Assembly: GCF_016432865.1 (NCBI RefSeq)
Contig: NC_067400.1
Location: 442,680,001 to 442,744,000 of the forward strand
DNA from: Antechinus flavipes
Lineage: Eukaryota
Direction of reading: 5' to 3'
DNA: 64,000 nucleotides
The notes beneath the pieces are model-generated. The model saw only the letters and a program-made list of their open reading frames with translations. It was not told the origin of the DNA and did no database searches. A program made the position numbers and the translations under genes. This document shows, piece after piece, positions 39,597 through 48,649 of this stretch (position 1 is the stretch's first letter; each line of letters begins with the position of its first letter).

Positions 39597-41106
39597 AGCC
39601 AGTATCTTGTGAAAATCCATATGATATAGTGACCAAAGTGTTGGATCCAGAGTCAGCAAGAAATGGATTGAAATCTTGCTTCCAGTTCTTCTTAGCAATA
39701 TGACCATAGGCAAGTCACTTAATTTCCCTAAACCTCAGGAAACTTTATGCAATATGTCTACTAAATTATAGAAAAGATTTTATCTGCATTTATTAAGAGA
39801 GTTCCCACACCAACAAAATCAAAAATCCTCGGCATCATGACATTCCTATCTAATGGATGGAATCATTTAATAATGTTATATGATTGCAAATCATATAATA
39901 ATACAATCAGTTGACTTCAAGAAACCTGCACAAGGCTCATACTAAGTACAAGACAATATTTTTGAATAAAAATTACAACGACTAAAAGACCAGTGAAAAA
40001 ATATACCATATACACTGGATATGTGGAAAGATACTCATTAGCTTTTATACAAAGTTTACTGTTCATCTGTGTCCCATGGGTGGAATTTTATTAATCACAT
40101 AATAAAATCAGATAGTGTAAACCCAAAATGGTATCCAATTCACTTTACAGCTTTTTTTTTCCTTTTCTCATTTTCCAAATGTGATACAAAAAAAAATCTA
40201 ATAAATATATGATCGGAAAAAGAGGGAGGTCAATCATGTTCCATTCTAGATTCTAGATGACAAGTAAGAAGTGACTGTGAAAGTCAGTCAATATTGGTGT
40301 TTTTAACGAAGTCAGCTAACAGGAATGGCTACAAAGACACCATATATAAAAATCTCATTAGCTAGTAACTGTCTCCTTCTCTGCCTAGACTTTCCCAGTT
40401 ATCAATCTTGATCTTGTCCACTCTTTCCAACTATACCCAATCCCCAAACTGAATCACATTCCCTCAAATGTAACGGACTCAGCTCCGCTGGAGAAGAATT
40501 CTTATTACCTGGGACAAAAATAAAAGTGGAAAAATGGGTCTATCCCTTCCATTTTACAATATGATAGACAACAAGGCAAGTAGTTTTTAATCTAACACAT
40601 TTTATTTAATATCTTTGGTATTCTAATATTGAGCTTTAAGTAAAGCTTTTTGGATAGTTAAGGCTGATGGGTTTTTCATGATAAGGATTTTTGTTTTTGG
40701 CTTTTCACTGCTATTTAATTTTAAGAGAAAAAAAACCAAGAATCTAAAATATGTAATTCAAGCATTTTCCTTTTTCTCTCCCAACTACCTCATTAGGAGC
40801 TTAATGATGGCTTTAAGATATTTAGAGACAGAACATTTACAAACCTGAACTAAATGGGGATAAACCATATATAATAGAAGAATCATGGCTGCATATAAGC
40901 AGGAATTGAATCCCCTTATGTACATAAACAATTGAGACATTCATCCTACAATAGTTTTTCTTATAATATTACTGGACTGCCTCTCCACCAAGAATATTCT
41001 TCCATAAAGAAATAATAAAGAACAAATTTGAATAACTAAGTCAATTTGAATTGAACCAAGTTAATATTTTAATAATATTGAAAATATAAACGTTTGAATT
41101 AACTAC

Positions 41107-41239
41107 NNNNNNNNNNNNNNNNNNNNNNNNNNNNNNNNNNNNNNNNNNNNNNNNNNNNNNNNNNNNNNNNNNNNNNNNNNNNNNNNNNNNNNNNNNNNNN
41201 NNNNNNNNNNNNNNNNNNNNNNNNNNNNNNNNNNNNNNN
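41107..41239. other. Assembly gap (133 N)
   Basis: Run of N. Confidence 1.
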
Positions 41240-43221
41240 TGGGAAAAAGGGAGGAAGAGAAAAAATATAAATAGTTCACAGCAGAAAATGTAAAAAGTAT
41301 AGAAGGAAGCATAGAAAGCAAAGTAGCTTTGAAAATGATGAGTAATTCTCATTACAAAGTTTTTCCAAAAAATAGTGTGAAACATAAATTCATTGTTTTA
41401 TAGTAAATCCTCTTTTTAGGTTGTGCTGTGTACATGAAAATGTTCTTTTTTGTCTTTAGGTATTTCAATTCAAAATGAATTTAAAAATTTAAAGTAATAG
41501 TTTTGGTAGAAAAAAATAAAAATTATTAAAAATAAAAATACCAAAGTTGACACCATGGTAACTAATTAGAATAGAATCTGGATCTGTGATTACCTTAGTA
41601 TACAGATCTCCCAGATGAGAAAATTTCTTTTACCAATGCATGTTGGCATATCCTCTATAATTATTATTCTTAGAGTTGATTAGAGAACTGATTCAGTGAT
41701 TTGTCCTTGGTTGTACAGACAATATATAGCAAGGCTTGAATCCAGCTTTTCCTAGCTCTGAGGCTAGTTCTCCTTCTCCATTATACCCCATTACTCTGAT
41801 TATTGGAACAAAATTAAATTCTGTCTAATATGTTCTAACCTTAAAATTTAACTTCATGTCCTAAGGCTTCGTATTTTGTTCTCTTTAAGTATCAGCACTT
41901 ACACATTATTCACAACTTTTGTCATAAGACATAATGGGAAATGAATATAGCCCATACAAAACAGCTTCTGTTAAGATAGAAGACAAGGTGTCAGTCTCTG
42001 TCAATCCATGGTCTGCATAAAAAATTTGACAGCTAAAATTTAGTTCAAATAAAAGCTATTGCCAGAGAGCATAAATGAAACTGTGCTTACTCAGAAACAT
42101 TTCCAAATGTTAGCTATAACCAATCCCCTCTTATATACACACAAAAATGTCACTAAAGTCTTCCAAATATAAGTTGGCATAAATAAATCTGATTTTTTGT
42201 ACCTTCATGTAGATTTGGGACTAAGATAATTTTGCTTTAATAAAAATACCTTGCACAAAAGCAAAACTCCGATATTCATTGCATCACAGATATTGTTACA
42301 CTATAGATCAAGTCATTATATATAAGAAGTGTGTAGTGCATTTTCTTCCATATACTACAGAAAGTTGATAGCATGATATTGTCCTTGACTTCCAAGATAT
42401 GTGTAAGAAGCTTCTACTAGATGGCAGATCATGCAAATATAGTAGGATAATTTAGTATAATTTAAAGATATGCCAATTCTGTGTCCTCTGGGCTTTTCAG
42501 CACACTTTCCCCAATTTTCTGCCTGGTAAGTTTACAACCCAAATGTATACCAGATGAATAAGTCAAGCTATTCTATAAACAAGCTATTCAAGGGAATAAA
42601 CTCAATCATGCCTGGAGTATTAGGGATATGAAGACTCCAAAATCTGATTAAATTCTGAAACCAATGAAAGAAGCATTCCCTGCTAATACCTTGAAAATCA
42701 CAACTGAGTCTCCATTCTAGAAAGACTAGTTTGCAATTGTGAGAGATAGATTGCAAAAGATTTGTAGATAAATTTCATCTGAAAAAGACCCCAAGAAGTC
42801 CAATCTAGTCTTGGTTCAGACAACCTCCAAAAGCTGAAATTGAGTCTGGGGGTACCTTCTAGGGAAGAAAGGGGATAGTCACTCCACTCAGAACCCCAAT
42901 ATGTTTGTCCAAAAGAAGTTAGTATATCCTTTTGTTTGTTATAAAGGAAAATTTATTAAGTTTAGATTCAGAAAACTTGAGTTCAAAGCCTAACTCTGAA
43001 AATCATTACCTGTGAAACATTGGTTACTTGTTAGCCTTCTATTTGATCTACCAGCTTCCACTGTCTTCCCTCCCTCACCCATCCTCCACATAGTTGCCAA
43101 AGTAATCTTCCTAAGGCATGGATATAACTATATCATTACCCTGTTCAAAATCCTTCAGCATTACTTCCAGTTGCCTCAACATAGTATTTGAGACAATTTG
43201 CAATCTGGTTCCAAACTTCTT

Positions 43222-43245
43222 TGTGTATGTATGTATGTATATGTA

Positions 43246-43297
<52 letters not shown>

Positions 43298-43306
43298 CAT
43301 ATATAC
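43222..43306. repeat. Compound (TATG)/(TG)/(TA)n microsatellite
   Basis: Direct reading of the sequence. Confidence 0.95.
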
Positions 43307-43309
43307 AGA

Positions 43310-44580
43310 TTTAAATTTTCACTTATTATTTATTTTTACATTCTCTTTTTTTTTATTTTGATACCAGATTTTCTCCCTCTTATATATCCCTCCCTCACCT
43401 ACTGAAATGGTAAACAATATAATCTCAATAATACATATGAAATAATATAAAATATGTTTCCATAGTAGCCATACCACAAAGCAAAGCAATATTAATTAGA
43501 GTAATGTAGAAAATTTACTTCAGTTTACACACAAAGCTCATCACTTCGGAAGTGGACAGCATTTTTTCTTCAAGTCCCTTGGAATAGTCTTAGATCATTG
43601 TATTGACGAAAGTAGCCAAATCTTTCACAGTTGATCCTCATTATGTTGGCATTACTGTGCACAATGATCTCCCAGTTCTCACTTTACTTTGTGTCAGTTC
43701 GTATGTGTTTTGTTATGTTTTTTTCTGAAACTCCCTTATCATTTCTTATAGCACAATAATACTCCATCATGATCATATGCCACAACTTGTCCAGCAATTA
43801 CCCAACTGATGAGCATCCTCTCAATTTCTAATTCTTTACTACAAGAAAACAATCTGCTATAAATATTTTTGTTCATATGCAAATATCCTCTTTTTCTTTG
43901 ATAGATTTAGTAGTAGTATTGTTCAGCCAAAGGGCATGCGTGGTTTTATAGTCCTTTGCGAATAGTTCAAGATTATTCTCTAGAATAACTCTCCAGTTGC
44001 CTGTATATTTAAGAAATGAAGACTTGATTAAAAAAAACTTACTGTAAATTTTCTTGATATCATTTCATTGTCTATGGTACCTTTTAGCAAAATGTAGTTT
44101 CTCTGATTATCTTTTAAAATTAAGTCTATTTTTCCTTTTGCTTTGTCTGAGATCAAGATTGCTACCCTTATCTTTTTTTATTTCAAGCATATAAGTTTCT
44201 GCTTTACCCCTTTATTTTAACTCTGTATCTTTCTGTTTCAAGTTTGTCTCTTGTATACAACATATTGTTCTTGTACTTCCTTGTGGAATCCATTTCATTT
44301 TTTGATTTAGCTCACCCCATTCTTATTTGTGGTTATGATTATTATATTTTCTTCCAACCTATTTTCTTCTGTTTATCCTTCTCCATCCTATCCCTCCTTC
44401 AAAACTCTGTTTTGTTTCTGATCACCGCCTCCCTTAATGTGCCCTCCTTTTTATCATCCCCACTCCCATCTAATCTCTTATTTCCCTATTGGTTAAGATA
44501 GATTTCCATGTGCAATTGAACATTTGCATATATATGTGTGTGTACATATATGTGTGCACATGTACATTCTTCTCTCATTG
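43310..44580 (-). mobile_element. Old L1: 3'UTR/ORF2 end (~43310-43987) abutting the endonuclease/inter-ORF region (~43990-44580)
   Basis: Reverse-complement 3'UTR motifs end near 43987. The sequence then switches to CATTGTCTATGGTACCTTTTAGCAA...GCTTTGTCTGAGATCAAGATTGCTACCC, which I recognise as the ORF2 5' endonuclease region. Confidence 0.7.
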
Positions 44581-45542
44581 AACCAATCTCAATAAGAGTT
44601 AAGTTCAAACATTGCCCACAACCCTCCATCCTTCATTTTCCTCTCCACTGTGTGCCTCTGAGTGATCTGTGGATTTTTTTTTTCAATGTCTTACTCTTTT
44701 TCAATGTCTTCTAGGATAGAAGAGCACTTTTCTTTGATAAAGAAAGTTAAGGTGCTTCCCATGAAATATTCCCTGATTGTCCTAGTCATTATTTTGGTCA
44801 TATATCTAATATGAGCTTGCATAAGTAAGTTATTCTGATCTGTAAACATGTCATATCCCTCTAGTAGAACATAAGCTCTCTGAGGGGAGTGATCAAATTT
44901 AGAGAGATATCAACTAAGTTTTTCAAGTCACATAATTTCAGTTAGAAAGGATCTCAGTAGCCATAATAAATTATGCATGCTCAAAAGGAGTTGCAACTAT
45001 AACGGACCCTTAAGTTGTCATCCAAATTCCACTTGAAGACGACCAATGAGAGAAAATTCATTTCTCTTTTGCACATCTCTAAGGAAAAAAATTTGTTATA
45101 TTGGAAAAAAATTCCCCCTCTAGCAATCAGGCCATTTGCTGGAGCTCCCTCTTCTTTCTTCATCTTCATTAGACTAACTCTTGTTATTTTCCTCCATTGT
45201 TTCCTCTTTGACTTTTCTCTCCAATAAAAATGTTTACCTTCTCACTAAGTCCAACTCTTCTATAGGTACCCTTGATCCTATCTCCTCTCATCATCTGATA
45301 GATTATCTCCACTATTTTCCTCTTCCACTCTCTTATTTTTGGTCTATTCTTATGACTACTTTCTACCTTGCTGCCTCCAGCACAATAATGTCTCTTTCAT
45401 CCTTAAAAAAAATATTAGAGATCTTACTATTCTTCAAAATTTTGTCCTTCATCTTTACTCTCTTTGTCAACCAAATTTCTAGAAAAAGTGCACATTGATT
45501 TTGCCTGAACTTCTTTGATTCTCTCTTTTATAAACCACCTGT

Positions 45543-45901
45543 TGTTGGAATCCTTACTAACTGCTAAGTAATTAGAGTTGATCTAATCTTACAAGAAGAT
45601 GTTTTGGGCAGAACCTGAAACAAGGTACTAAGTAGAACTACCCATAATCCCTCTCTCTGGAAGGAGCATAAATAGGCCAATGGGCCAGTCGGAGAGTTCT
45701 GGAGAGAGGAAGACGCTACAAGTCGAGATTTCACCGGAATGACATGAAGACTGGAGCTGGCTGGAGGCTGAAGAAAGCAGAGGCAGAGGCTGAAGGACAG
45801 AACCTTTGGATTTGGAGATATTCGGAGGGCTCTAAGCTAAACCGGCTTTGTTTTGAGAAGAACAAGAACAGATTCAGATCCATCTGAACTAGATCACAAC
45901 A
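45543..45901 (+). repeat. 5' LTR
   Basis: TGTTGG...CAACA, 358/359 identical to the 3' LTR. TATA-like CATAAATA at ~45667. Confidence 0.97.
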
Positions 45902-45904
45902 TTT

Positions 45905-45924
45905 TGGCGCCCTGAACGTGGGAC
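45905..45924 (+). promoter_or_regulatory. Primer-binding site, tRNA-Lys-like but imperfect
   Basis: TGGCGCCCTGAACGTGGGAC, 3 nt after the LTR. Compare Lys3 PBS TGGCGCCCGAACAGGGAC and Lys1,2 PBS TGGCGCCCAACGTGGGGC. Confidence 0.85.
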
Positions 45925-45947
45925 TAACAGACCCCTCAGTGGATTTC

Positions 45948-46009
45948 AGTGGAAAAGCTACGATCCTGATTCAAGTGGAAAAGCCTCTGATCCTGATCCA
46001 GTGGAAAAG
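45948..46009 (+). repeat. Three AGTGGAAAAG motifs at 26-bp spacing in the proviral leader
   Basis: Motifs at 45948, 45974 and 46000, with GATCCTGAT between them (45962, 45989). Confidence 0.9.
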
Positions 46010-46026
46010 ACTTCAACCCAGAAATT

Positions 46027-46035
46027 AGGGTGAGT
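46027..46035 (+). promoter_or_regulatory. Proviral major splice donor
   Basis: AGG|GTGAGT consensus 5' splice site in the leader upstream of gag (GT at 46030). Confidence 0.7.
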
Positions 46036-46083
46036 GCAACAAAGAAATTTTGTTAGAAGAGTTAAAGTAGAATTTCAGCTAAG

Positions 46084-47754
46084 ATGGGACAGATATTTAG
46101 AAAACAGCCTGTTTCTGTTCAAGGAAAATGTTTAGAGAGCATTGTCAAAGTTATGGAAAGCCAAGGTTTAATTATAAGTTTACAGCAAATCACTGAACTT
46201 TTACAAACTATAAAGGACATATGTCCTTGTTTCTCTCTTGATAAGGAATTAGATCTAAATGAATGGAAATTGGTTGGAGAGGATCTTTGTCAATTCTATG
46301 ATAAAAATGGGCCTAACTCAATAATTAATACATATAATGTAATACAATTGGCTATAAGAAGTTATTTAAGTGATAGAATGATGAAAAGGAAAGTACAGGA
46401 GGAAGAAATGCCAACTTTACTAGGTGAAAAGGAGGACGAATCAGATGAGAATGGAGTTAATTACAATTCTGAGTATGATACTTCACAGCAGGAGGAATTA
46501 GGTGATTCCACATCTCATGACCCTCCCCCCGCAATTAACCCTTCATGGGTGGAACAAGGGGGAGGGAGAGAGGCAGAAACACAGTCAGCTTCTCCTATAA
46601 AGCAGAATTTGAAAGCAAAAAATGAAGGAGAAGATATATCTGATTTTATAAATGCATATCCTGTGATTGAAAAGATTGACTCTTCAGCTCAAAAAGAGAG
46701 AAAATACACTCCTTTTAATTTGGAAAAAGTTAAAGATTTGAAAAAGGGTTGCACTCTTTATGGGGCTACATCATCTTATGTGAAGATGTTACTGGATAAT
46801 TTGTCTTATGAAATCCTAACCCCGAATGACTGGAAATCCATAGTGAAAACTTGTCTAGAACCGGGACAAAATTTATTGTGGCTTTCGGAGTTTCATGAAT
46901 TATGTAGGATTCAAGCCCAACGCAATAGGCAAACAGGAGCTATTGTACAAGTTGCTTTTAACCAACTAGCTGGTGAAGGTCAGTATGCAGAGAGTTCAGA
47001 ACAGATTTATTATCCCATAACAGTGTATGAGCAAATTTCTAAGGCTGCAATAAAAGCTTGGAATTCTCTCCCTGGACAGAAAGATGGAAATAATGTTTTC
47101 ACAAAAATAGAGCAAGGTCCCAATGAACCTTTTGCAGATTTTGTGGGACGTTTACAAACAGCTGTAATAAGAACCATTGGAGACAATGCAGCAACAGAAA
47201 TAATGACTAGACATTTGGCTAAGGAAAATGCCAATGAGGTTTGCAAAAGAATTATATGGGGGCTAGACAAAGATGCTCCTTTAGAAGAAATCATAAGATG
47301 CTGTGCCACAGTGGGCACAAATGCTTATTATGCCCAGACTATGATGAACATGGAAAGACAAGGTCCTTCTTGGCAGAGGAATTCTAGAGAAACTCGTCGA
47401 TGTTTTCATTGTGGAAAAGTTGGACATTTGAGAGCTCATTGTAGATATGGAGATAGAGTGAGAAGACAGGGTGAGAGAAAACCTAAAACCCCATGTCCAA
47501 AATGTACCCGAGGCTTTCATTGGGCCTCTAAATGTATATTGACCCAGAAGAATGAGAGGCAGGGCCCAGCTCCAAAGTATCAATCAAAGGACAGGTGGGG
47601 CATGATAGCAGCTGAGGTTACACCCAGAGAGACTTTAGAAATTCAGAACTCTGATGTCATCAACCAACAGAAAAGCAATCAGGATTACAGTTGGGAAGAA
47701 TACAGGCCTTTTAAGACAACAAGACAATATCCAATGCAAACAGCTCCAATGTAA
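46084..47754 (+). CDS. gag: Betaretrovirus-like Gag polyprotein, 556 aa, uninterrupted
   Basis: MGQ myristoylation start. Matrix-like CPCF...LDLNEWKLVG. Capsid LTPNDWK and MHR IEQGPNEPFADFVGRL (from 47104). Two intact CCHC knuckles: CFHCGKVGHLRAHC (47401-47442) and CPKCTRGFHWASKC (47494-47535). Confidence 0.96.
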   Translation: MGQIFRKQPVSVQGKCLESIVKVMESQGLIISLQQITELLQTIKDICPCFSLDKELDLNEWKLVGEDLCQFYDKNGPNSIINTYNVIQLAIRSYLSDRMMKRKVQEEEMPTLLGEKEDESDENGVNYNSEYDTSQQEELGDSTSHDPPPAINPSWVEQGGGREAETQSASPIKQNLKAKNEGEDISDFINAYPVIEKIDSSAQKERKYTPFNLEKVKDLKKGCTLYGATSSYVKMLLDNLSYEILTPNDWKSIVKTCLEPGQNLLWLSEFHELCRIQAQRNRQTGAIVQVAFNQLAGEGQYAESSEQIYYPITVYEQISKAAIKAWNSLPGQKDGNNVFTKIEQGPNEPFADFVGRLQTAVIRTIGDNAATEIMTRHLAKENANEVCKRIIWGLDKDAPLEEIIRCCATVGTNAYYAQTMMNMERQGPSWQRNSRETRRCFHCGKVGHLRAHCRYGDRVRRQGERKPKTPCPKCTRGFHWASKCILTQKNERQGPAPKYQSKDRWGMIAAEVTPRETLEIQNSDVINQQKSNQDYSWEEYRPFKTTRQYPMQTAPM

Positions 47755-47761
47755 TTACCAG

Positions 47762-47880
47762 ATGATGAGGAGAAATCCCAAAAGTGGTAAATAGAAGAGA
47801 ATTAGATAGGTTAACTGCTTGGGGAAGAGGATCTGCTTATATTTCCACAGGTGGAAAAGGAATCAGATGGCTAACAATGA
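47762..47880 (+). pseudogene. Integrase C-terminal remnant with a stop codon and a frameshift
   Basis: MMRRNPKSGK*K, then in the next frame ELDRLTAWGRGSAYISTGGKGIRWL, matching the betaretroviral IN C-terminal pattern WKGPD..WGRG(F/Y)AC(V/I)S....RW. Contains acceptor TATATTTCCACAG|G (AG at 47849-47850). Confidence 0.8.
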
Positions 47881-48274
47881 GACTGTCAAAAGAACTTTAA
47901 AATCTTCAGCTTTCAGTTCCTGAAAAACCAGCAAGAATCACTGGATTCCCTGAGATGAAAAATTGTTGATGAGACTTTTTGCAGTACTTCAGAGCTTACA
48001 GGAATTATTAGATTCCTGGCACATGAACTAATGGACAATGGAATCCTATTGGACTGTTTCTAGGACTTATGGACATGTGTAAATTTTCAGGATGATTCAT
48101 TTTATTTGTTACATTACTACTAGCCTGTGTTATATTGCTATGTGCTCATGTAAATTATGTATAATGCCTCCCATATTGATGGATTTATGTATACCATGTA
48201 TATCTGTTACAAAGTTCTGGCCCATATTGATGGATTTATGTGTACCCCCTCAGAAACCCCCTATGTTTTAAAAC

Positions 48275-48290
48275 AAAAGAAAGGGGGAGA
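48275..48290 (+). promoter_or_regulatory. Polypurine tract
   Basis: AAAAGAAAGGGGGAGA directly before the 3' LTR. Confidence 0.95.
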
Positions 48291-48649
48291 TGTTGGAATC
48301 CTTACTAACTGCTAAGTAATTAGAGTTGATCTAATCTTACAAGAAGATGTTTTGGGCAGAACCTGAAACAAGGTACTAAGTAGAACTACCCATAATCCCT
48401 CTCTCTGGAAGGAGCATAAATAGGCCAATGGGCCAGTCGGAGAGTTCTGGAGAGAGGAAGATGCTACAAGTCGAGATTTCACCGGAATGACATGAAGACT
48501 GGAGCTGGCTGGAGGCTGAAGAAAGCAGAGGCAGAGGCTGAAGGACAGAACCTTTGGATTTGGAGATATTCGGAGGGCTCTAAGCTAAACCGGCTTTGTT
48601 TTGAGAAGAACAAGAACAGATTCAGATCCATCTGAACTAGATCACAACA
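48291..48649 (+). repeat. 3' LTR
   Basis: Identical to the 5' LTR except T at 48462 versus C at 45714 (a CpG transition). Confidence 0.97.

Larger units (their letters stand above)
45543..48649 (+). mobile_element. Young, internally deleted betaretrovirus-like (ERV2) provirus, 3107 bp, gag-only
   Basis: Two 359-bp LTRs, 6-bp TSD ACCTGT (45537-45542, 48650-48655), PBS, gag ORF, integrase remnant and PPT. Confidence 0.97.

Noticed and set aside
41107-41239. ORFs spanning the N run (41041-41385, 41103-41321)
   Set aside because: Artefacts of the assembly gap.
42501-42525. Possible 25-nt micro-exon (TTTTCAG| ... |GTAAGT)
   Set aside because: Not a multiple of 3, and such site pairs occur by chance in 64 kb.
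45948-46009. Repeat-spacer-like pattern suggestive of a CRISPR array
   Set aside because: Eukaryotic retroviral leader, only three 10-bp motifs, and the spacers are similar to one another.
47010-47583. Antisense ORFs of 100-102 aa within gag
   Set aside because: Typical shadow ORFs opposite a coding strand, with no motif support.
47682-47699. GLQLGR in the -1 frame of gag, resembling a dUTPase GLILGR motif
   Set aside because: Six residues followed quickly by a stop, with no other dUTPase or protease motifs. Too weak to call a pro remnant.
46084-47754. Gag as a domesticated host gene (Fv1/PEG10/ARC-like)
   Set aside because: It sits in a complete provirus with near-identical LTRs, PBS, PPT and TSD. 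Youth or family-level selection explains the intact ORF without host co-option.
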